Positions 53,660-64,000 of a stretch of DNA of 64,000 nt are shown here, piece by piece. Positions within the stretch are counted from its first letter, which is position 1. Each line of letters opens with the position of its first letter. This DNA is from Octopus vulgaris (Eukaryota), in contig OX597822.1 in assembly GCA_951406725.2 (NCBI GenBank), forward strand, positions 63,116,001-63,180,000, given 5' to 3'. Both the position numbers and the translations under genes were made by a program. The notes under the pieces are model-generated. The model saw only the letters and a program-made list of their open reading frames with translations, was not told the origin of the DNA and ran no database searches.

Positions 53660-53885
53660 CGTTTTTCTTTATTGCCCACAAGGGGCTTCTTTACTGCCCA
53701 TAGAGGGGACAAACAAGGACAGACAAACGGATTAAGTCGATTACATCGACCCCAGTACTTAATTTATCGATCCCGAAGGATGAAAGGCAAAGTCGACCTC
53801 GGCGGAATTTAAATTCAGAACGTAACGGCAGACGAAATACGGTTACGCATTTCGCCCGGCGTGCTAACGTTTCTGCCAGCTCGAC
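53660..53885 (-). mobile_element. Family A SINE, inverted relative to its neighbour
   Basis: Reverse complement of a 14266-14497-type copy. Confidence 0.85.
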
Positions 53886-53928
53886 ACCTCGATAAGAATA
53901 ATAATGATGATGATGATGATGATTATAA

Positions 53929-54061
<133 letters not shown>

Positions 54062-54113
54062 CATCATTATTATTTTACTAATGTGTTTTCTTTATTTTTT
54101 TTTCTTCTTTTAG

Positions 54114-54353
54114 GTCCACACCTACATCAAAAACACATGTCAGCGATTGAAAGACTCCTCGCTCCGTCAACACGATGCCAATTATTCATTTACAACTCAA
54201 TTCACTACAGACAACATGTCGTCACTTCCTCAATCCGGAATGAAACGTAACAAAGCACCTGCCGCATCCACGAAAAAGAAAAGCAATAACCAAAACTATC
54301 TACCATTGAGCACCATTCCTAATCCTGTTTCGGGTGGCCATGAATACAACTAA
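54114..54353 (+). CDS. Class B1 GPCR terminal coding exon (helix 8 + C-tail)
   Basis: Long pyrimidine tract + tAG. VHTYIKNTCQRLKDSSLRQHDANYSFTTQ...SGGHEYN* completes NGE|V. Same frame as ORF 54147..54353. Confidence 0.9.
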   Translation, partial: VHTYIKNTCQRLKDSSLRQHDANYSFTTQFTTDNMSSLPQSGMKRNKAPAASTKKKSNNQNYLPLSTIPNPVSGGHEYN

Positions 54354-54402
54354 CCCTATTTGTTTCGATCTGCTGGTGACTTTCAAAAATATATTCGAAA
54401 AT

Positions 54403-54408
54403 AATAAA
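54403..54408 (+). promoter_or_regulatory. Possible polyadenylation signal of the GPCR gene
   Basis: AATAAA about 50 nt after the stop codon. Weak evidence in AT-rich DNA. Confidence 0.25.
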
Positions 54409-54574
54409 AAACACTTGAAGTGATACTGACTGTAGCAATGAGCAATGAAAGGACTACACACAATATTGTACATAATAATGGTGGTCTTTCTGAAACGTTA
54501 GGAAATGTGAACGGCTCAACCTTAAACCGATAAATATACACCGCTGTGACAGATATTTAACAATGCGTGTCCCT

Positions 54575-54576
<2 letters not shown>

Positions 54577-54645
<69 letters not shown>

Positions 54646-54707
54646 GTATGTATGTATGTTTGTATGTATATGTAGGTATATGTATACAAATACATATATC
54701 TGTATGC

Positions 54708-54742
<35 letters not shown>

Positions 54743-54750
54743 TATATATG

Positions 54751-54781
<31 letters not shown>

Positions 54782-54914
54782 GTATGTATGTATATGTATG
54801 TGTATATATATACATATATCTGTATGTATGTATGTATGTATGTATGCATATGTATGTATATATGTGTATATATATACATATATCTGTATGCATGTGTGTA
54901 TATATATAGATATA

Positions 54915-54964
<50 letters not shown>

Positions 54965-55072
54965 CGTATGTGTGTGTGTATACATGTGTGTATATATGTA
55001 TTGTGTATATATATATATATATATATATATGCATATATATGTATATATATATATATACACACATTTATATGC

Positions 55073-55144
<72 letters not shown>

Positions 55145-55343
55145 TATGTATATATATTTGCTTGAAAGCAAATGTGAAAAAAAATAACTCCCAGTGTATG
55201 CTGAATATATATTCGTATATACACGTACATCATACACACACACGCACACACACACACACACATACACATATATATACTACTTTAGGAGGAACTTGAGCAA
55301 ATACTTCCAACATGTATGTATATTTATACACGTGTACGTAAAT

Positions 55344-55420
<77 letters not shown>

Positions 55421-55460
55421 CATATATGTATATGCATACGTGTGTATATATATATATACA
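54577..55460. repeat. Compound (TA)/(TG)/(TATG) microsatellite block
   Basis: Seen directly. Confidence 0.95.
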
Positions 55461-55968
55461 CTGGTACATCATCAAATCATCAAAGTTTTCATTTAATTTT
55501 ACAGTTGGTCATACAGTATAATTAGTTGTTTAAAATGACAGTCACGTGCTTCTGCTGCACAGACTATATGCAGTTGCACTCGTTGAAGGACCCTGAATGA
55601 AGGTGCACATCAGATTAATCTGGATTGCATGCTCAATTGCACATACGCTGTGCAACAGAGACACGCTTCGGTCATTTTTCACACCTATTTATGCTGTATT
55701 TACCAACTGTAAAATCAAAAGGAAAACATGATGATGTACCGGTCTCCGTAATCTTTGTACTTGTTTGAAATTTATAATCCTGATAATATTCAGAATCCAG
55801 AAAAGTGAACCTGGTATTACCCATCAGAAGAATTAACAGCGGGATCGCTAATGCTAAGCAATCATCAATGTCTGTTATCACTTGATTCGCTTAGCCGTAA
55901 CCTGGAATATACCGAGAGCTATCACGGTACCCCCTGGAGAAATTTATCCTTCCCTATATATTCACGTT

Positions 55969-56045
<77 letters not shown>

Positions 56046-56046
56046 C

Positions 56047-56082
<36 letters not shown>

Positions 56083-56184
56083 ATACATACATATATATAT
56101 ACATATATAAATATATATATATATATACATATATATACATACATATATATATACATATATATACATATATATATATATGTATAC

Positions 56185-56238
<54 letters not shown>

Positions 56239-56243
56239 ATACA

Positions 56244-56631
56244 CTAGCAGTATCGCCCGGCGTTGCTCGGGTTTGTAAGGGAAATAACTATAAAGCATTT
56301 TTAAAGAGTTATAGCCAAAAAATAGCAAAAAATTGGGGGGAAAAAATGATGGTAAATTTTTTTTTTGATAGTTAAAAAGGTCGAGTTGCGTCCCCTAGAC
56401 CATCTGTGGTTTGTGTTTCTGATTGTCGACCCCATGTCGAATTCCTAAATTTTTTTCAGAACTGGGGGAACTTTTCAAAATGTTCGCTGCGTTAGTTTTG
56501 AATTATGACATTGGGCTATGTGTGTGTCAAGTTTCATCAGAATCGGTTCAAAGCCGTGGTCAGGGTGAGGGTACAACCTAACAGACACACAGAAACACAC
56601 ACAGACAAACTGCCGTTTATATAGAGAGAGA

Positions 56632-56634
<3 letters not shown>
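56244..56634 (-). mobile_element. Non-autonomous Helitron H1, second copy, in (TA)n
   Basis: Colinear with 1980-2366; TC...CTAG termini and hairpin. Confidence 0.82.
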
Positions 56635-56687
<53 letters not shown>

Positions 56688-56730
56688 ACACATATATATA
56701 TACTTTATTTAAAGCACCAGAAAATTCAAC

Positions 56731-56777
56731 AAAACCTGTTACTCTGAGTTTCCCGTTGCCGTTCATCGGACAGTTTT
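56731..56777 (-). ncRNA. Hammerhead-like motif (C4 variant)
   Basis: CUGU-CCGAUGA-ACG gcaa CGG-GAAACUC a GAGU-A-ACAG. Confidence 0.45.
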
Positions 56778-56790
56778 TGCTATATACATA

Positions 56791-56879
<89 letters not shown>

Positions 56880-57579
56880 TGACTGAAAGAAAGGTCGGTT
56901 TCACCTTGTCGATTGGACATTTAAATCATAACCAACTGAAGAGACATGCTTGACTTATTCAAGCGTAAAACATACAGAAACTGTAAATAGGAAAGCAGAA
57001 AATATCAACGAAAATCATGGGTGCATACTAAAAATGAAACGCAAAATCTGTTACAGAAATGAAGAACGTAAACAAAATATTTATACAAATTATTAACTCA
57101 AATATCTAAATTCCAACATAAATATACAGTGAGACGCATACATGTACATATACAGGTAGAAACGCACACACGCTCATACACACATACATACGCAAACACA
57201 CACATATACATAGACTGTTTAAACGACGTTCCGTACAGTTCCTCGCTTCAAGCAATCCATCGGACAACGAAGGGACGAATCCTTTTGGCGCATGAACGTT
57301 TAAAATGTGGCGTAGAATTCTGGGTCGCGAGAGATTGAATTTATGATACGCTTCGAAAAATGAAAAAAAAAAAAAAAACAAGAAAAAAAACTCTTCTGTG
57401 TCTTGTGTACATTTTTTCCCGTTTGCTTATAAAAATTCCTACATACATACATGCATGTATGCATACATAATATACATACGTACACATAAACACACACATG
57501 CACAGACGCATGCACACACATATACATACATACATATATATTCATGAATACACACACACATACATATATTCGTGTGAAT

Positions 57580-57633
<54 letters not shown>

Positions 57634-57634
57634 A

Positions 57635-59239
57635 CAATTGGTGTCCCCAAAAATTTATATACATATTGAATGAATATAAGATGGTGTTTATTAAAATACG
57701 TTTCATTTTCAAAATTTTGAAGAATCTACAAACGGAATTTAATTTTTTTCTTTTTTTTTTTTTCGTGAAAACCTGTTTTCAAACTGATGACGGTTTTGTT
57801 TCAGACACAAATGGTAATATGAAACAATGGAATCGCAAACATTAAGAAGCATTTCATTCGGTATTTGTACACATTTTCATTTAATGCCTACCCTCAATTT
57901 GTCGACTCATTTTAGTTTTGTACCGTCAACTTTCTCTTGCAAATATCCTTATAAAAAAATATCCTTGTGGTGTGAAGTCCGAAGAATGCGTAGGTTATTC
58001 TATTGGACCTTTTTGTACAATCCCCCTATTTGACAAAATCTCATCAAGGTAGGCCCTTACTATGGTAATGCTACAAATAAAACTACACACCATCAAAGTC
58101 CTCTTCAATGCTTGGCATATCAGAAGGTTGCAACAAGTTCAAGTAAATGAACCGGTCACAGTACCGTCAAAAGAGACGGTCATATGAATCCTTCTGGTGA
58201 TAAACCGCACCAAATTGTAATTCCTGGTAAATTGCATGATGTTCTTCTGTAATGTGCGGATTCTTGGGTCCCCAGTATGTGTAACTGTGATGGTTAATTA
58301 AAACATCTAATCTAAATATAACCTCATCACAGTAAGCACTTTTCTACACATCTTGCCAAGTGCCTCTCGCAAAACCCTGCACTTCGTTCCGGATCATCCT
58401 CATTAAGAACATGGAGTATTCGTGGAATGTAACATTTCCAAAGTCCCATGCTTGTTGCTAAGGGGTTTCACTAAACGGCACTGTCCCCTCACGAATCAAT
58501 GATGTACCACGAGATTTAGAAAATACTGTTTTAAAAAATCTTCCTGCAATATATATCCTTAAAATCCTTTAAAATGTTTCAGCCCGAAGGCTGCGGCCAT
58601 GCTGGGGCACCACCGTTGTGAAGTTCTTGAAGTCTGATTAACATGCCCGTCGCTAAGGGAATGCACTGGACGGCACTGCCCCTCACTATTCAATGGTCAC
58701 CTTCAGACTCACACCACTTCAGCATTATTACAAATTAGTGCCCACCCAGGATATTCTGAAGCACCCCCAGGCACCAAAGTCCGGTGACAGACCTGCAATG
58801 ACAGCGATTCAAAACAAGATGAAGACTTGATTTTGAAATTCCCATCTCACGACTTGCTTGTCGCACAGATTCCCTTGAGCTCAGGAAATACGTTTCTAGT
58901 ACTCCTTCTTGCTTTGTGGGACTTGTTGGTATCCGTGGTCTTCTGAAACATTTCTTGTGGATATTCGGAGCAGTCCCAATTTACTTCAGACATATCTCTA
59001 ATTCGAGTCATGGTAAGTTGCGCAGGTGAATCTCTTTTAAACTCCCCCTTACACTGTCATTGCGCTTCGACTACACTTCGACCGCGTTTTCAAACTTCTC
59101 GTAGACCGATATGATAAAGTTCTTTTGCTCAAAGCCCAGTCTGGTTTACTTCAGTATTTCTAATGGATTAAATCTAGAGAGAAATTAAGATTGAGTTGTC
59201 AACTGCTAAAAGATGCATATATATTTTTGGGACACCCTG
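57635..59239 (-). mobile_element. Decayed Tc1/mariner element (rosa/DD41D-like) with TIRs
   Basis: Ends ggtgtccccaaaaatttatatacatat / atgcatatatatttttgggacaccctg. Reverse DEVIFRLDVLINHHSYTYWGPKNPHIT. Confidence 0.65.
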
Positions 59240-59279
59240 CAAAGATATTCATATAAATATATATATATATATATATATT

Positions 59280-59533
59280 ATTGCGTCTGGAGAGAGTCAT
59301 TCTCTTTTGGTGCCTTATTTTAAAACACCGGTCCGATTTCCATTCATTTACTAAACACCATTCTTTTTACTAAAATTTTCGTTGCGTTTTGCAACCTTTT
59401 CAGTAGTCGTTGACTATTGAAAAGCCGCAACGAAAATTTTAGTTAAACTAAATAAATAAATGTGAGTAAATCGGACCGGAGGGTGTGTTAAATTAGTAAA
59501 GCACTAAAAGAGAATGACTCTCCCCGGACACAA
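59280..59533. repeat. Imperfect ~125-bp-arm palindrome with paired hammerhead-like motifs at the centre
   Basis: gagagtcattctcttt..ccggtccgattt..actaaaattttcgttgcg / cgcaacgaaaattttagt..aaatcggaccgg..aaagagaatgactctc. Confidence 0.8.
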
Positions 59534-59617
59534 TAAAATATGCTTCAACACGAATTTACATAAAGAATCTTGCAAACCAAATACGAAAACGAAATATATA
59601 TATACATAGTTGTGTAT

Positions 59618-59644
<27 letters not shown>

Positions 59645-59656
<12 letters not shown>

Positions 59657-59965
59657 ATCCGTTCTGTCTGTCTGTCTGTCTTCTAGGATCTCGGGCATCC
59701 TCGATCCGATTGCGCTCAAATTTGATATGTAGATACAGACGGTATCAGGGCGTGTATAAGTCTTGAAAAAATTACAAAAATCGATTCCAGGTGAGACTGC
59801 GAACGATAAAGCCGTGGGAACGTGCATTTGTACGCGCAAGTACATTCAGCTGTTGCGATCGATACTACGCGTACGCGAAAAAAATCGGATAAGTTGTCTT
59901 GAGAAAATTTGGTTTAAATGTTTGACTACTCAGCACCGTCCATTGGACAGGGGACGTTTTGTTCG
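59645..59965 (+). mobile_element. Helitron-like H2, second copy
   Basis: Reverse-complement homolog of 34795-35180; ends ..gttcg|t. Confidence 0.65.
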
Positions 59966-60037
59966 TATGTGTGAGTGTGTGTGTATGTATGTATGTATGT
60001 ATGTATGTATGTATGTATGTATGTATGTATGTACGTA

Positions 60038-60901
60038 CAGGTTCTCCCAAAAGTTACTATTCCCTTTCTTTTTTCTATTTCGTTTCAGGTATAATTCGGA
60101 GAGACGTAAAGCCATCTGCATTTGACACCTTACACTTTGCATTGTTTGTAAGAATATCATTCCCTTGCTCGTGGCACACATACCACCAACTTTGGAGAGT
60201 CTCATGCATGTTCGAGAATTTCTGCTGGTTTTGATTTTTCCCCAAATTCGACAATAGTGTCGGTTTACCCGACGAGGGAGATGAAGAATAGACTCATCGC
60301 TGAATCATAAGTTTTCCAAAAGCTGAGTTTTCCAAAAGTCGTTATGGTAATGGTGGAGGAGTGATTCACATATTTCCACATAAGCATCATAATCTTTCAC
60401 TTGAAGCCTTTGAACAACCTGAAGTCGGTACGGGTAGAGCTTTATCACTCTCCGAAGATCCGCTGAATCGAGCTTTCATTGATGCTAAGTTCCAGGGCAG
60501 TCCTCAGGATGGACTTCCCCTGGCTTTTCGCGAACACCTGCTTCAGAACTTCTGTGTTTTTATCAATGGTGGTTGTAGCAGGCCTTCCGCTGCGTGGTTT
60601 ATCAAGAACAGATTCTCTTTCACGAAACTTGCTATGGATAGCATAAATTGTGCAACGTGCTGGAGCAGTGTGACGGCCATAAACCTTCTCAAACTTGCAA
60701 TGAACTGCAGTAGGGTCTGAAAAACTACTTGCCAGGAGGCAATTTTGCATCGCTGCTCTAACGTCAATTGGCAAGGGAATGATACACTTACAAAAACTGC
60801 CAAATCTAAGATGGCAAATGCTGACGGCCTCACATCTCCCCGAATAATACCTGAAACGAAATAGGAAAAAAGTAACGTACAGTGACTTTTGAGACACACT
60901 G
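60038..60901 (-). mobile_element. Tc1/mariner-derived foldback element (long imperfect inverted arms, N-terminal HTH only)
   Basis: TA|cag...ctg|TA with ~130-bp inverted arms. Peptide FEKVYGRHTAPARCTIYAIHSKFRERESVLDKPRSGRP..KSILRTALELSINESSIQRI. Confidence 0.8.
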
Positions 60902-60962
60902 TATATAAAGCCACGCACACATACACAAATTTGTACATATATGCTTATATATGTACACACAC

Positions 60963-61018
<56 letters not shown>

Positions 61019-61125
61019 TAGGTGTGTGCGTGTACGTATGTATATATATTCGTATGTATGCATATATTTATACTTATATATGTATATGTACATTTATATT
61101 CATGTATTTAAGGATATATACATAA

Positions 61126-61173
<48 letters not shown>

Positions 61174-61297
61174 CTATGTATATGTGTGTGCGTGATGTGT
61201 AAGTTCACATACATATACATATGTATAAATACATATATACACACATATATATACATACATACATACATACATACATACATACCTACATACATACACA

Positions 61298-62535
61298 CAC
61301 GTGCATGACAAAAGTAAATAGACAGCCTTATAATCGTTAAAATTTATATAAATCTTAAATTATACATTCAAATTATTTATTAATTATTATTATGTGAATA
61401 TCTAATATTTAGTAGACATGCTCTTTGCAATTTTCAATGCAAGGACCCTATTAGACATGCTACTGATCAGATGACGAATATTCTCTTGGGGAATTTCTTG
61501 CCAAATTTCATGCAGTAATCTCAAAAGATCTGGCTTTGAGGATGCTTTCTTGTTTTTATGAAGTATCCTGTCATTATGCCCCGGAGATGTTCAATAGGGT
61601 TCATATCTGGTAACTAGCTTGGCCATGGAAACTTTTAATGTGATTCTCTTCTAACAAATCTTGAGTCTTTTTAACCGTGTTACAGGATTCCCCATCTTCC
61701 ATAAATAAATAGTTTTCTTTAATCATTCCACCATTGGAGAAGATTGTAAGGAGTCCTTTCTGCAAAATGGAAACATATTTATCTGAGTTTATGTTTCCTT
61801 CACACTCTACTAGCTTTGATCGACCATTGCTCCAAATTGCTCCGCAGACTATCACAGAATAGCCGCCGTGTTACATTGTTGGCTGCAAATCTTTTCACGT
61901 CAAATTCTTGATCACAGAGTCTCCAGACCCACACTTGACCACTGTCGAAAACACAGCAAATCTGGACTTATCAGAGAATATGACAGTGTCTTAAAATTCT
62001 AGCGGCCTCTCCACCATCTCACTGGTCCAACCTTTTCTCAGCTTGATATTGGCTGGTCGAAGAAGTGGCTTCCTTCTTGCTGCTCTGCTACAGTAGCTAA
62101 CTTTGTGAAGATACCTGACAGCTGTTCCGGGACTGACATCAACTTGTTCTGCTATGTCAGAGGCCTTGCAACGAGGATTATCCTCCACATTTCTCTTAAC
62201 AAAGCGAATGCTCCCGTCAGAAGACCCTGGTCGACCTGGGTGAGGTGATATGGGCTCCTTCCTCTCTCTAATGAATTGCACAATCACTCCATTAACTGAA
62301 GAAATCGGAATCCTAAGGTTTTCTGCGATTTTGCGCTAAGTCCGCCATCAGATTGACAGTCTATTTGAAATTCGGGTAGTTCCAAGGTTTTTTTTTTCTA
62401 CGTGGCACGATTAAACAGTCACATATAGAACTTGAGACATTAAAATGCCAATTAATACAAAATATATACATTTTCAGGTGAAAATAAACAGAAAATGGTA
62501 TTTTATGGCGTGTCTATTTACTTATGCCATGTGTG
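61298..62535 (-). mobile_element. Tc1 (DD34E) transposon, near full length, pseudogenised
   Basis: TIRs catgacaaaagtaaatagaca / tgtctatttacttatgccatg. ORFs 61991..62287 (PGRP..AARRKPLL) and 61601..61855 (IVCGAIW..FMEDG); reverse IFSDKSRF and LNPIEHL. Confidence 0.88.
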
Positions 62536-64000
62536 TGTATGTATATATATATGTGTGTGTGCGTATGCACTATTTGTGTATGTGTGTGGGTCGCTACTCG
62601 GAATTTCTCGTCCCCGATCCCTCAATGATTTATTATAGTATTTGTAAAAATTGCTTATATTCACCGACTGGACTTTTTCAGTTCCCGCTAGACGTGCAGA
62701 CATTTTTTTTTTTTATAATTTATGTTCCACAGATTGGCATATAGCACTGAATGAAAAGTTGCAAAAATATTAATAGGAAAACTTCTGTCTTAAGTATTTC
62801 CAAAAATCATTCTCAAGAAAGTGTTGTGTGAAGAACTTTATTATACATAAATGCATAAGAACTGTAAGAAAACATATAAATACATAAGAAATATTGGTAA
62901 AATATCTATAGATGTATTTCTCTGTTTAGAACTATAATTTTTGCCCAAGCTTTCGTTAGCTGTAAGGAATATTTTTATAATGGTGAATGTAAAATTTACA
63001 TTAAAGTGGTTTTCTGTATACATGTGTGTGGAAGGGGATACAGATATTTCTCTTGCATGTCAAATTTTAATTGGCTCTTATTTGTCATAAGGAAACTTTT
63101 TTGCTAACATTGTACATATTTAAGTTAAAATAATTTTGGTTTTTGATTGTATGATTATTCATCCAGACGTTTCTTGGATATAATGACTTGTGAAATTGAA
63201 ATCTTACAAATGTTTTTTGTTGTTGGTTTGAATTTTATGAGACTTAATCAAGCCGAGAAGCTGTTGGCTGTTGTCATGCATTGGTTATGCACTGTGGTGA
63301 GTTGCAGATGTAGATGGTGACTGTGTTGATTTATGTTTAGAGATAAAAATGGGGGAATAAATTTATAACTATTTCAGTTAATTTTAAACAAGAATGAAAT
63401 GGAAAAAGTAGATTGGCGGAAGAAAAGAAAGAATAACGAAGCATGTTGCGAAAAAGAAAAAGTCTAATCATTTTATCTGAAGAGAGGGACTGATGGAATG
63501 TAAAATATAGTTTTTAATGGAATGTAGAATCAATTTCAAAAAATATATCTATTAGAAAATATACACGTTAAACGGATCCTGTATGAGCAAACACATACTT
63601 GCTCACATAATTCAAAGCTGTACGTCTAACATTGCATCACACTTATCATAAACCAACGGCAGTAACTATCACCCCCACACGATGGCGTTTGTATCATAAA
63701 ATCATTCATGACTTACCGATGTTTCCCTGACAATAACATACCCAAATCTAGATTCTACGAATATGCTCGTTCCTTCAGAACCACCAACAAAAGCACAGCT
63801 TGTCTAAATTCATTTCTACTCTAAATGACCGACAATGGAATCAAACTCCTAATTCTACCTACAAATCAATACCATTTTAGCTTAAATATATTCATGGTTA
63901 AAAATTCTGTCTTCTTCAAAATAAAACTAAAGCCATCTATAGTTTAATATAGCAAATAAATTTATGTATTTTGTTGCGTCTCAAGAACGTCATTATGCCA

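Noticed and set aside
55460-55960. Mariner catalytic-domain remnant ([13 protein letters not shown]..)
   Set aside because: The similarity is too weak and no TIRs could be defined, so it is not listed as a feature.
63180-63340. Possible exon of a neighbouring minus-strand gene
   Set aside because: All frames hit stops quickly and there is no recognisable motif or convincing splice pair.

Overview
This is AT-rich eukaryotic DNA packed with microsatellites, SINEs, LINEs and DNA-transposon remnants. The repeat families suggest an octopod cephalopod (inference; no database search was run). The only host gene I can support is the 3' part of a + strand class B1 (secretin-family, calcitonin/DH31-receptor-like) GPCR. 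I reconstructed it from 8 phase-consistent GT-AG exons between 14763 and 54353 (ICL1/TM2 to the C-terminus); the N-terminus and TM1 must lie upstream of the window. Almost all ORFs in the supplied track are microsatellite artefacts. Introns and flanks hold: (1) several tRNA-derived SINE families, including a 6-unit SINE multimer inside one 17-bp TSD; (2) a cluster of R4/Dong-type RLE LINEs in (ATT)n arrays; (3) decayed RTE LINEs; (4) Tc1/mariner, Chapaev3-like and Merlin-like DNA elements, one of them a foldback with a telomeric-repeat core; (5) non-autonomous Helitrons in (TA)n. The most unusual signal is a set of minimal type-I hammerhead-ribozyme motifs, some with the U3-A8 compensatory core and some as head-to-head palindromic pairs. 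One forms the 3' part of a tRNA-headed, SINE-like element.
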